The notes under the pieces: model-generated
Databases searched by the model: none
What the model was told of the DNA's origin: nothing
Seen by the model: only the letters and a program-made list of their open reading frames with translations
Shown here: positions 53,337-62,191 of the stretch, one piece after another
Position numbering within the stretch: the first letter of the stretch is position 1
How the letters are laid out: each line of letters opens with the position of its first letter
Program-made: the position numbers and the translations under genes
Source: Nitrospirota bacterium
Lineage (GTDB): Bacteria; Nitrospirota; UBA9217
Assembly: GCA_963790205.1 (NCBI GenBank)
Contig: CAWBNQ010000003.1
Location: 704,001-768,000 of the forward strand
Direction of reading: 5' to 3'
DNA: 64,000 bases

Positions 53337-54581
53337 CTATATGATCTCGATCTCCGGAAACGGGAATATCATTTTACCACCATTCGCCAGGTACTCTTTT
53401 TCGCGTCGAAGGATTCCATCTTTAAAGTGCCAGGGAAGTACGAAGAAGTAATCCGGTTTCATTGCCCGCGCTTCTTGTTCAGAGATAATCGGGATATGAG
53501 TGCCGGGTGTAAAGCATCCGAATTTTTCGGTATTCACTTCCGCGATGGCCGGGATATCTTTGCTCGTCAGGCCGCAGAACTGAAGAACGACATTCCCTTT
53601 CGTCGACGCGCCATAGCCGAGGATCTTTTTCCCATCTGCATTCAATGCGCGGATCAGCCTCGTCAGGTCGTCTCTATGACGGAAAACGCGCTCCTCAAAA
53701 TCACGGTAGGGGCGGGGAGTATTCAGTCCCATCCTGTTCTCCTGGTCAAGCAACCAGTTGATGACGGCGGAATTTTGAACAATGCTGCGATTGCCTGCCT
53801 TCGCAGCAGTTACGGCGAAGCTGCCTCCGTTTACCGCGTTCATCATGACGTCTACGATTTTGAGTCCCGCTTTATCCAGAATATTTTTTACCACGCCCAA
53901 CGAGTAGTACTCAAGATGTTCATGACATATCGTATCGTAAGCGTTCATTCGCAGCATGGAGGGCATATAACTTTGCTCAAAGTGCCATATTCCGTCATCA
54001 GCAAGAATCGATTCTATCTGCCTGGCAAATGCGACCGGCGAGTCAAGATCGTAGAACATCGCTATGGAAGTAACGATTTTTGCCGGACGCGGTTCTGCGG
54101 CATGATAGATGTCAGCCGTAAAGAAATCCGGGACCAGTTTTATATTCTCCGTATAGTATTGGGCGAATTTTCTCCCCGTAGGATCAATGCCGATCAACTG
54201 GATTCCCTTGACAGAATACGCTTTCAGCGTGGTTGCGTCATTGCTTCCGATGTCCAGCACCACTTCACCCGGTTTCAGCATAGCCAGCCGTTCAAGGAAA
54301 CGGATCTTCTCAGTCAGGTGGTTGACCATCGATTGATTCAGCCCTGAACGGTATCCGTAATTCTGTCCGTACATTTCAGACGGATCATAGGAGTGGCGGA
54401 GTTGCAGCAGGCCGCCGTCGGGGCACCAGACGAGTTCAAGAGGGCCGGAGGTGATTCGTTCGGATGTACTTTTCGGGAATACTCCGGTCAAGACCTGATG
54501 CCCGAGATTAAGGACCGAGACCAGGTTGGTACTGTCGCTCACACGGCATCTTTCGATTTCTTTGTACGCAGTCATGAACAT
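53337..54581 (-). CDS. NDP-hexose C-methyltransferase
   Basis: YGYRSG, LDIGSNDA, YDTICHEHLEYY, GGS, GYGASTKGN, TPGTHIPI, VLPWHF, GGK.IFPFP. Confidence 0.88.
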   Translation of the reverse strand: MFMTAYKEIERCRVSDSTNLVSVLNLGHQVLTGVFPKSTSERITSGPLELVWCPDGGLLQLRHSYDPSEMYGQNYGYRSGLNQSMVNHLTEKIRFLERLAMLKPGEVVLDIGSNDATTLKAYSVKGIQLIGIDPTGRKFAQYYTENIKLVPDFFTADIYHAAEPRPAKIVTSIAMFYDLDSPVAFARQIESILADDGIWHFEQSYMPSMLRMNAYDTICHEHLEYYSLGVVKNILDKAGLKIVDVMMNAVNGGSFAVTAAKAGNRSIVQNSAVINWLLDQENRMGLNTPRPYRDFEERVFRHRDDLTRLIRALNADGKKILGYGASTKGNVVLQFCGLTSKDIPAIAEVNTEKFGCFTPGTHIPIISEQEARAMKPDYFFVLPWHFKDGILRREKEYLANGGKMIFPFPEIEII

Positions 54582-54700
54582 TTCCTCCTGAATCGCAATC
54601 GTACCGAGCAGCACGCGCGATATGCAATATTATACAATCAACATTATGGTAGCCTCAAGCATAACTTAACGCGGGTACTCGTTTTATCGCCGCGCAAATA

Positions 54701-55747
54701 TTATGAAGGCCGCGCTATCAGGTCGAGCTGCATCTTGTCGTTCTGGAGCGCACTCCAGAATTTCATGATTGCAGCTGGATCTTCCGCCATCTTCACACGA
54801 CCCGAGGATTCGATGATCGAAAGCCGGTATCCTATCGCTGCAAGCTGGTCCAAATAATCCTGCGGAGGCAGACCGCAGCGGTGCTCGATGTGCCAGGGGC
54901 TGAATTCGGTGACAAGAACAGGCTTGTGTTTCTCGATAATCTTCAACATGCCGCGTAACGCAAACGGCTCAAACCCCTCTATGTCCATCTTGAAGGCGTC
55001 TATTCGAGGCACACTGAGCAGAATTTCGTCGAGGACCACAGACTGGATGTACTGCACCCCCATCTGACCTGGCGTCGGAGCTTCCAGAAATCCGTTCGAG
55101 CCGAAGGACTGAAGCCTGTGGATCTGAGCTGAATGGGAGGCCGCAACCGGAAACACGACGATGTTTTTCATGTCGTTTTCGACGATACTGGCGTAGAGCA
55201 ATCCAAGATTGCGGGCATTCGGTTCGAAGGAGATGACCTTGCCGGTCGGGCCTACAATGGTCGCGGCCATCAGGGAGAAATATCCGATGTTGGCGCCCAG
55301 ATCAACGAATACACTTCCAGTCTTTAGGACATCTTTCAGAACAGAGGCTATGTGTGGCTCAAAACTCTGCGACTGAATGATCTGTGTGCCCACGTCAAGG
55401 TCGCTGGAGCGGCAGTACAACTTGAATGTCGGTAGATTGACTAGGACGATATCTTTACGGCTTCTGAGCTGATCATACTCGTAACTTGCCTTGAGCGAAT
55501 TTTCCACCTGCCGGATGGATGTGCCGGCGCCCAAGAAAAAGTTCCAATGCATCAGTTCGTCCTTATTAGGCTCGCGATCTATAACGCGACGGTAAACATC
55601 GGCGATCTTTGCATCATAGGCAGAAGGGGACAAGGCGGTCCATGCTTTGACCTTTCCATAGAATATACGCAGAAGATCGAGGAACAGGTTGTGTCGGACT
55701 TCTTTTACCATAGAGAGACTCCTTTTCCAAGACATTTGTGAGAGCAA
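54701..55747 (-). CDS. FkbM-family methyltransferase with a DUF4214-like N-terminal motif
   Basis: Y..V..REP...L..W, VDLGANIGYFS, SFEP, KMDIEGFE. Confidence 0.85.
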   Translation of the reverse strand: MLSQMSWKRSLSMVKEVRHNLFLDLLRIFYGKVKAWTALSPSAYDAKIADVYRRVIDREPNKDELMHWNFFLGAGTSIRQVENSLKASYEYDQLRSRKDIVLVNLPTFKLYCRSSDLDVGTQIIQSQSFEPHIASVLKDVLKTGSVFVDLGANIGYFSLMAATIVGPTGKVISFEPNARNLGLLYASIVENDMKNIVVFPVAASHSAQIHRLQSFGSNGFLEAPTPGQMGVQYIQSVVLDEILLSVPRIDAFKMDIEGFEPFALRGMLKIIEKHKPVLVTEFSPWHIEHRCGLPPQDYLDQLAAIGYRLSIIESSGRVKMAEDPAAIMKFWSALQNDKMQLDLIARPS

Positions 55748-55751
55748 TAGC

Positions 55752-56636
55752 TTAGTTGGCTATCGGAGTAAAAATATAATTAATGACGCCGGAGTCGCAA
55801 CGCCCCGATTGGATCCATCGCTTAATATCCCCGCTTTGGATAAGTTTATTCTGACGATCAGCGGTGCGGACTTCATAGCCATGTTCCCAAAACATCTTGA
55901 AAGTAGCTGCATAATTCGGGTTGAGGCCGCTCGGATGAAACTCGTTCAAACAAATCTCGATTATCCAGGTGGGCCGCGGGGTCATTTCCATTGTTTTCAA
56001 TGCACCCTGTAAAACTGGATATTCAAATCCTTCCACGTCGATTTTAATGAACATCTTCTTCCCGGCAAAACGTTCGCCCCGTATAATATCGAGCGTAGAT
56101 AAAGAGATGACGCGCCTGAACCGTTTAGAAGCCCCCGCCCAATTACCGATGAGGGAGGCACCTGTGCTTGACGCGCCGTATAGTACGGCAAGACCAGGGT
56201 GATCGCTTAACCCAACAGGGAAGACCTCGACATCCTTCCAATTATTCTCGATCAAGTTGCTATATAAATGGTTTAAATTATTTGGTAACGGTTCAATTGC
56301 GATTACTTGTTTCCCTAATGACCGGGCAAGGCAGGAGTAGAAGCCAATGTTCGCACCCACGTCGATAAACACATCGGATTGACTCAAGTGCTGTCTTATG
56401 AGCGCAGTTTCTTCCTCTTCAAAAGTTCCCTTCTGCATGCCGAGATGATGTGTCGAGCTGCTGCCCCGCAACTTGAAGCCATACGGTGTGTCCACCGCTT
56501 TTAGCGAGCCGCGCAAATACGAATCGCGTATATCACGCAGTTCATTTGTCGCATTATATTTTAGTTTGTGGACGGCTTCGTACAAAGCGACCACTGATGG
56601 ATAGCGTTTCAAATAGGATTTCAATTGATTAAACAT
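55752..56636 (-). CDS. FkbM-family methyltransferase
   Basis: IDVGANIGFYS, AIEP, KIDVEGFE. Confidence 0.88.
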   Translation of the reverse strand: MFNQLKSYLKRYPSVVALYEAVHKLKYNATNELRDIRDSYLRGSLKAVDTPYGFKLRGSSSTHHLGMQKGTFEEEETALIRQHLSQSDVFIDVGANIGFYSCLARSLGKQVIAIEPLPNNLNHLYSNLIENNWKDVEVFPVGLSDHPGLAVLYGASSTGASLIGNWAGASKRFRRVISLSTLDIIRGERFAGKKMFIKIDVEGFEYPVLQGALKTMEMTPRPTWIIEICLNEFHPSGLNPNYAATFKMFWEHGYEVRTADRQNKLIQSGDIKRWIQSGRCDSGVINYIFTPIAN

Positions 56637-58140
56637 GTATAACCCTTGTTTTTATTTGTAATAACATCCATGCTCTCATGTGTGGCGCTACTAGTGCCGA
56701 CGCCATAAGCGTACTGAGTAATATGACGGTCAAGCTGATGATCGCTGTTACCGGAGGCATCGGGCTGGCAATCAACCAACGTCCGGCTCCGCCAACCAGG
56801 AGAGCCGCCCCCAAAGGCGGAATGATATCTTGGACGAACCAGCGACCCATTTCGCCTTTCAATAGACGGCGGTGCGTGAATGGAATGCCGATCAGCATGT
56901 AGATACCGTTTAGTACTACCCATACAGCAGCCGCTCCCACGGCGCCATAGCGTGTCGCCATAAAATAAATCGCTGGTACAAGGGTGATGATCAAGAACGT
57001 GTTGATGCGCAGCCCTATACTGGTCCATCCATGTGATAATTGCAGTGCATAGGGCATGGCCATGAGACAGTTCAATGCCATCCCGAGCACGAGGAGACTG
57101 ACAATGGGAGACGCAGCATCTGCTGTTTTTACACTGCCGGTCCACAAAAGAAGGATGTCAAAAGAAAAGAACGCCAATACTGCAGCGGCGGGCAGGACAA
57201 GAGTGGCAATCAACTGCGAACCCTGATGGTACAAAAGCTTGAGTGCCGTGTCGTCATTCACTGCTGCGAGTGAAGTGAAACGTGGGAAAATGGCGTTGAA
57301 GACCGGACCGCCGAGCAGAAGCGGAATTACATTGCTCGCCACTCCTGCAAGGGTGTAATAGCCGAACATTTCCAGACTAAGCAGCCTGCTCAAAATAACC
57401 TTGTCAAGCTGCATCAGAATAATTGAAGAAATTGCTATTCCACTCAGGCCGGCGGCGAATCTCCAAATATTGCGCAGCAGGTTCGGGTTGAAGACCGGGG
57501 GACGATCGGCAGGAGGCAGGCTGCGCCAAAGTGCAGCCGTGTAGAAGGCTACCATGAGAGCGCTTACAAAAATTTGCCACGTGAAAAAAGCGGTGATGGT
57601 TGGAGAAACTTTCCAGAGTATGAGTACGGCCCCGACACTGCTGAGCGTGTACATGCCGATCTTAATGCTGTTGGACAGCACCTGTTTCTGCAATCCCATG
57701 AGGCCGCCGTCATAAAAACTGAGCGGCCACTGGAATGCAGACACCACGCCCATGATCATGACGGCCTGCTGTATTGTTTTAACAGGTATCGCACCCGCTT
57801 TGATCCAGTCCCGGGCAATGAACGGCGCAGCGATCAGCACGCAAACACCAATTACGAGCCCGATCGCCCAGTACCCGAATTCCAAGGTTCTCACAAAGTC
57901 ACGCGCTTCACCGGCTTTTTCCGGCAACGTCGAGTAGCGGGCCATCTCCCGGTTCATCGTCTGGCTCAGACCCAGGTCGAGGATCTGGAACGACGCCTGC
58001 AGCATGGCAAAGAACCCGATCAGGCCATAGGCCTCGATGCCGAGAAATTTGATATACAGCGGAACGAATGCCAGGGCCATCAGGGCTGCCCAGCCTTGGC
58101 CCGCGAAATTAGCGATGATATTGCGTTTAAGAAGGCTCAT
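56629..58140 (-). CDS. wzx: Polysaccharide flippase (Wzx/MOP family)
   Basis: About 14 TM helices, LG.EAYG, LDLGL, DKVILSRLL.LE..GYY.LA, FPRF. Confidence 0.88.
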   Translation of the reverse strand: MSLLKRNIIANFAGQGWAALMALAFVPLYIKFLGIEAYGLIGFFAMLQASFQILDLGLSQTMNREMARYSTLPEKAGEARDFVRTLEFGYWAIGLVIGVCVLIAAPFIARDWIKAGAIPVKTIQQAVMIMGVVSAFQWPLSFYDGGLMGLQKQVLSNSIKIGMYTLSSVGAVLILWKVSPTITAFFTWQIFVSALMVAFYTAALWRSLPPADRPPVFNPNLLRNIWRFAAGLSGIAISSIILMQLDKVILSRLLSLEMFGYYTLAGVASNVIPLLLGGPVFNAIFPRFTSLAAVNDDTALKLLYHQGSQLIATLVLPAAAVLAFFSFDILLLWTGSVKTADAASPIVSLLVLGMALNCLMAMPYALQLSHGWTSIGLRINTFLIITLVPAIYFMATRYGAVGAAAVWVVLNGIYMLIGIPFTHRRLLKGEMGRWFVQDIIPPLGAALLVGGAGRWLIASPMPPVTAIISLTVILLSTLMASALVAPHMRAWMLLQIKTRVIHV

Positions 58141-58143
58141 TCA

Positions 58144-58761
58144 TCATCCCCGGATCTTGAAGACCGTCCGGATATTTTTTTCTTCTATCCCCTGGGAGAG
58201 CAGCGTTTGGCGCATGGCTTCCCGTTTCAGATAGGACGTGACCACGATGCTGTCGTATTTTATTTTCTGCAGTCCGCTTAAGGGGGTTATCATCCGGCCA
58301 AAGAACATCTCTCCCGCCTTGTCCGGGTCCACGACCTCCACAAGCTTCAAATTCGTTTCCTGCAGCGTAATGTACGCGATCTCCGCCACTTCATCCGCCC
58401 CGGCAAATACGATCCTTTTCACGCCGTTCGTCTGCAGCTCGTGGAACAGCTGCGTGAAGTTTCTGCGCGCCTCGCGGTAGATCCTCGTATAATCATGAAG
58501 GAGATCGTAGGTGAGCTTCGTCTTTTCGGCAAAGCCCTTGGGAGTAAGATAGTACGCGAAGCGTTTCGTGGGGATCGCTTTGACGGTAAGATAGCCTTTT
58601 GCGACGAGGTTTTTTATGTAGGAATTGACCAGGCCCAACGCGATGCCCAGGCGGTCGCTCAGGTCCCGCTGGGTGAGCGAGTCGTTGTTCGAGAGCTCGT
58701 CCAGGATCTGCAGCGACCGGTAATGTTCGGTCCCGGGAGGGGATGGGCGTTCGGCGTTCAT
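58144..58761 (-). CDS. MarR-type winged-helix regulator of the polysaccharide cluster
   Basis: TQRDLS..LGIALGLVNSYIK.L..KGY, YYLTPKGF.EK, C-terminal Rossmann-like domain. Confidence 0.85.
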   Translation of the reverse strand: MNAERPSPPGTEHYRSLQILDELSNNDSLTQRDLSDRLGIALGLVNSYIKNLVAKGYLTVKAIPTKRFAYYLTPKGFAEKTKLTYDLLHDYTRIYREARRNFTQLFHELQTNGVKRIVFAGADEVAEIAYITLQETNLKLVEVVDPDKAGEMFFGRMITPLSGLQKIKYDSIVVTSYLKREAMRQTLLSQGIEEKNIRTVFKIRG

Positions 58762-58819
58762 AAAGTGAACATACCATGAATCCCGTTGTTAAGTCAACAG
58801 TAACTTTCGTTGAACCTTC

Positions 58820-58848
58820 TTTACACTGTCCGCGTATGATGTTATAGT
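58820..58848 (+). promoter_or_regulatory. Putative sigma70 promoter toward patatin, divergent from the MarR gene
   Basis: TTTACA-17 nt-TATAGT with TG extension. Confidence 0.5.
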
Positions 58849-58887
58849 GCTCTCAAGCGGAACAGAGAAAACCAAAGAGGCAAGTAT

Positions 58888-59020
58888 GATGAACTCGCAA
58901 TAAGTCAGGACTAGCCACAAAATGCACAAAGAGCACAAAGGTAAAACCTTGAAACCCCAAAGAACTTTTCTGAGCTTTTTGTGACTTTTGTGGCTAAAAA
59001 AGACTTTTTACGAATCTATC
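58888..59020. mobile_element. 133-bp MITE-like element with a 6-bp target duplication AAGTAT
   Basis: TIRs GATGAACTCGCAATAAGTC / GACTTTTTACGAATCTATC. AAGTAT at 58882-58887 and 59021-59026. Confidence 0.75.
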
Positions 59021-59033
59021 AAGTATGAAACCA

Positions 59034-59119
59034 CACCCTGCACTCGCGCTGAGCATGGCCTGTATTCGCGCAGTGCACTCATAAGCACTGGCCACAGGCT
59101 CGTGAACGCTGGGCGCAGG
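59034..59119 (+). repeat. Fixed-end hairpin element, copy 3 (86 bp)
   Basis: Same 15-nt ends as 12490 and 37468 with a different, foldable core. Confidence 0.8.
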
Positions 59120-59261
59120 CAGAGAGCGCAGAGAAAAAAAGGAAGTCACAATCTCTGTGTTCTCGTGGTTTAAATGACAAGACAAAACAAGCGGAGCGGG
59201 TAATTCAAGGCCTTCTCTGCGTGCTCTGTGGTTAATTCTTGACTTTACGAACGGGAATATC

Positions 59262-60251
59262 ATGACGAACACTGAGCGGGCTCCTCATGAGCCGAAGATA
59301 GCGCTGGCCCTGGGCGGCGGCGCGGCGAGAGGCCTGGCGCACCTGGGCATTCTCAAGGTCTTCGAGGACGCGCGGGTCCCCTTCGACATGATCGTCGGAA
59401 CGAGCCTGGGCGCGTTGATCGGCGGCTCCTATGCGTCGCAGCCCGATGCCGCGTACTGGATGGGGAGGGTGGAGCAGTATCTTCGCAGCTTCCGGTCCAG
59501 GAAGACCCGCCTCGAGTTCATCCGCAGGCTCGAGGACCCCGATGCGCGGAACCACGGTTTTTTCAGCGACATGGCGAACCTGATCCGCAAAGGCTACTTC
59601 TGGGGAGTCACCGCCACCAAGCCCGCGTTCATTTCCGAAAAAGAGTACGAAGAGTTCATCTACCCCCTGATCCCCGATATCAATATAGAAGACACCAAGA
59701 TACCCTTCGCCTGCGTGGCCACGGACATCCGGAACGGCAAGCGGGTCGTCTACAAGAGCGGCCCTCTCCGCCGCGCGGTCAGCGGCAGCTGCGCCCTGCC
59801 GGGCATCTTCCCTCCGGTGGCGGACGGCGACATGCTGCTCGTGGACGGCGGCTGGGTGGAGCGCGTGCCCGTGCGCTGCGCCAAGGACATGGGCGCCGAC
59901 ATCATCATTGCCGTGGACGTTTCGAGCGAGATCGGCAGGTTCGAGGACAAGTTCGGGCTCGACGTGGTGCTCCGCGCGGACGCGGTGTCCCGGATCTACC
60001 TGAACGAGCTCCTCGTCCAGGAGGCCGACGTGTCGATCCATCCCGCGGTCGGGGACACGCACTGGGCCGATTTCAGCAACCCCCGGGAGCTCTACCGCCA
60101 GGGAGAGGTCGCGGCGCTCGAAAAGCTCGTCACCATCCGGACCGTGATCCACCGGTCCGCCGTCTCCCCGGCCCCGCAGAAAACGCTCGTCGACCAGATC
60201 AAGGACATCAAGGACAAGATCATCGAAAAGGTCGTGGGCGGGAAGCAGTAG
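59262..60251 (+). CDS. Patatin-like phospholipase
   Basis: GGGAARG oxyanion loop, GTSLG nucleophile, DGG. Confidence 0.93.
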   Translation: MTNTERAPHEPKIALALGGGAARGLAHLGILKVFEDARVPFDMIVGTSLGALIGGSYASQPDAAYWMGRVEQYLRSFRSRKTRLEFIRRLEDPDARNHGFFSDMANLIRKGYFWGVTATKPAFISEKEYEEFIYPLIPDINIEDTKIPFACVATDIRNGKRVVYKSGPLRRAVSGSCALPGIFPPVADGDMLLVDGGWVERVPVRCAKDMGADIIIAVDVSSEIGRFEDKFGLDVVLRADAVSRIYLNELLVQEADVSIHPAVGDTHWADFSNPRELYRQGEVAALEKLVTIRTVIHRSAVSPAPQKTLVDQIKDIKDKIIEKVVGGKQ

Positions 60252-60260
60252 GACGTGACG

Positions 60261-60330
60261 GTAAGAAGTAAGAAGTAAGAAGTAGGAAGTAGGAAGTAGG
60301 AAGTAGGAAGTAGGAAGTAGGAAGTAGGAA
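60261..60330. repeat. Heptamer tandem repeat (GTAAGAA)3(GTAGGAA)7
   Basis: Read directly. Confidence 0.95.
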
Positions 60331-60336
60331 GTAAAA

Positions 60337-60510
60337 CCCCTGCGCCGGGTAGCTCTGACGCGAAAGCCGTGCTCAAGCATGCCCTCGATAATGAAACAAA
60401 AAGATAACAGCCGGCTTGCACGTGCGTAGCGAAAGTGCATCTGGACCGCTGAATAATGTTATAAAACCAACTTGCTCACCGGCATGCAGCACGGCTAAGC
60501 GATGAGCTGC
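60337..60510 (+). ncRNA. Putative structured RNA, copy A (closing stem, central bubble, apical stem)
   Basis: GTAGCTC/GAGCTGC, AGCCGTGCT/AGCACGGCT and GCATGCC/GGCATGC pairings. About 93% identical to copy B. Confidence 0.55.
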
Positions 60511-60512
60511 AG

Positions 60513-60570
60513 AAAAAAAATAAGGATCTTGAACCCGGAACGTTTCTCCGAAGTTCATGATCCTTTTTTT
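60513..60570. terminator. Bidirectional intrinsic terminator-like hairpin
   Basis: A8...AAGGATC-TGAAC...GTTCA-GATCC-T7. Confidence 0.65.
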
Positions 60571-60743
60571 CGTCGCCTTTCTTGCGTGCCCAAGAAAGGC
60601 GACCCAAAGAAGGGCACCCGGCAAAAATTCTTTACGGCATGCCCGGTCGTCCTCAGTACATTTCGGAAACTCGCCCTTCGGGCTCAGACATCCGAAATGC
60701 TTTACCCTCGGACTCGGTCGCCTGCCTGAATTTTTGCATGGGG
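60571..60743 (-). repeat. Structured ~173-nt repeat or RNA with a terminal hairpin and possible pseudoknot (unit D)
   Basis: GTCGCCTTTCTTG/CAAGAAAGGCGAC stem whose loop GTGCCC can pair with GGGCAC. GCAAAAATTC/GAATTTTTGC and CATTTCGGA/TCCGAAATG stems. Strand uncertain. Confidence 0.55.
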
Positions 60744-60845
60744 TTCTTGATTCCCGTCTCGCGATCCTAAGCGGGATGGTACGACAATGGGTCTCAGTAT
60801 TACCTCTGATCGCGTCTCGGCATAAAGACTCAAAGCTTTGCTTTG

Positions 60846-61018
60846 CCCCTGCGCCGGGTAGCTCTGACGCGAAAGCCGTGCTCAGGCATGCCCTCGAAAT
60901 GAAACAAAAAGAGAACATCGGGCCAGCACGTGCGCAGCGAAAGTGCATCCGGACCGCTGAATAATGTTATAAAACCAAGTTGCTCCCTGGCATGCAGCAC
61001 GGCTAAGCGATGAGCTGC
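60846..61018 (+). ncRNA. Putative structured RNA, copy B
   Basis: Direct repeat of 60337-60510 with about 12 differences, none in the closing-stem pairs. Confidence 0.55.
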
Positions 61019-61020
61019 CC

Positions 61021-61073
61021 AAAAAAAACAAGGATCGTGACCATCCATGATGTCCGTGATCCTTTGTTTTTTT
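61021..61073. terminator. Bidirectional intrinsic terminator-like hairpin
   Basis: A8-CAAGGATC...GATCCTTTG-T7. Shares AAGGATC/GATCCTT with the 60513 hairpin. Confidence 0.65.
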
Positions 61074-61250
61074 CTGCACCGCCGCTCACAGCTCCGCGCA
61101 GACATGCCAGGATGTCTTCTATTTAACGTGTCGATATGCAATCCATGCGCGCTTACGCTGCGCACACGCAGCACGCGCATGCATGATCTGTGGTTCGTCG
61201 GGCTCTCTGCCGGGCATGTAAAGCGCGGACCTGTTCACGGGATGCAGGGG
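61074..61250 (-). ncRNA. Putative structured RNA, diverged inverted homologue C
   Basis: Minus strand starts CCCCTGC and contains CCGCGC..ACATGCCC, GTGCGCAGCGTAAG and CCTGGCATGT..GCGCGG, with compensatory changes relative to A/B. Confidence 0.45.
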
Positions 61251-61480
61251 CCTCTGGAAAAGCAAAGATCCAAACGACCTGCTTTTGAATCTTTACCCCA
61301 CCCCTGCACGAAAATAAATTTTTTCACAAAGACTCCAAGCTCACCAAGAAAGACTTTATCTTTTAAATTTAAAACCAGGATTTGAAGATTTCCTTTGCGA
61401 CCTTTGCGCCTTTGCGAGAGACGCCTTTTGTTTTATTCCTTCCGGTTGCGGATTCCGTAGATTCAGGTATAATTTATCCC

Positions 61481-62191
61481 ATGCCGACCCCGCTCATCAT
61501 CGCCCACCGCGGCGATTCCTCCCGCGCGCTCGAAAATTCGCCCGAGGCCTTCCGCCTGGCCCTGGCCGTCCCCGCGGACATGATAGAATTCGACCTCCGC
61601 ATGAGCAGGGACGGCGTTCTCTACGTGATGCACGACAAGCGTACGGGCAGGACCGCGGACCGCGACCTCGATATCGAGCAGGCAACGTCCGAAGAACTCG
61701 CGGGCGTCAGGCTCAGGAACGGCGAGCCGGTCCCCACCCTCGACGACGCGCTCAGGCTCATTGCCGGCAGGGCGGGGATCAATATCGAGATCAAGAGCGA
61801 CGGCGCGGGCGCCGCGCTCGGCCGCCATCTCTTTCAGTACCGCTATTCCGGGTACCTCATGGTTTCGTCCTTCAAGGAGGCGGAAACGCTTGCGGTCCGG
61901 GGGGTGATGCTCGACCTGCCGCTTGCCGTGATCTATGACACGTTCTCGACCCGCCATATAGCCGCGTACAAGGCAAAGGGCTTTTCCATTGTCAGTCTCA
62001 GAAAAAATACGGTCACCGAGCACCTGGCGAAGGCCTGTCGCGCCCAGGGTATCCGGATCTACGTATGGACGGTGGATGACGAAGAAGAGATGGAACGATG
62101 CGTGGCGTGGGAGCTCGACGGCATTTACACCAACAGGCCGGCGGAGCTGAAGAACGTAATAAGCAGGTTCCAGGCGGCAGGCAAAAAATAA
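61481..62191 (+). CDS. Glycerophosphodiester phosphodiesterase (GlpQ/UgpQ family)
   Basis: IIAHRG, EN, IEFDL..SRDG...VMHD, NIEIK, SSF, WTVD, DGIYTN.P. Confidence 0.93.
   Translation: MPTPLIIAHRGDSSRALENSPEAFRLALAVPADMIEFDLRMSRDGVLYVMHDKRTGRTADRDLDIEQATSEELAGVRLRNGEPVPTLDDALRLIAGRAGINIEIKSDGAGAALGRHLFQYRYSGYLMVSSFKEAETLAVRGVMLDLPLAVIYDTFSTRHIAAYKAKGFSIVSLRKNTVTEHLAKACRAQGIRIYVWTVDDEEEMERCVAWELDGIYTNRPAELKNVISRFQAAGKK

Noticed and set aside
60337..60400. c-di-GMP-I riboswitch (GACGCGAAAGCC resembles GACGCAAAGCC)
   Set aside because: The upstream GGCAAA and GNRA-capped P2 stem are missing, and the segment pairs long-range instead.
59232..60964. ORFs over the repeat array (YFLLPTS repeats, 60373-60948, 60557-60964)
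   Set aside because: They are translations of the heptamer tract and structured repeats. A 1-nt indel between copies A and B argues against coding.
60261..61020. CRISPR array
   Set aside because: The repeats are 7-mers without spacers or ~175-nt units, and no cas genes are present.
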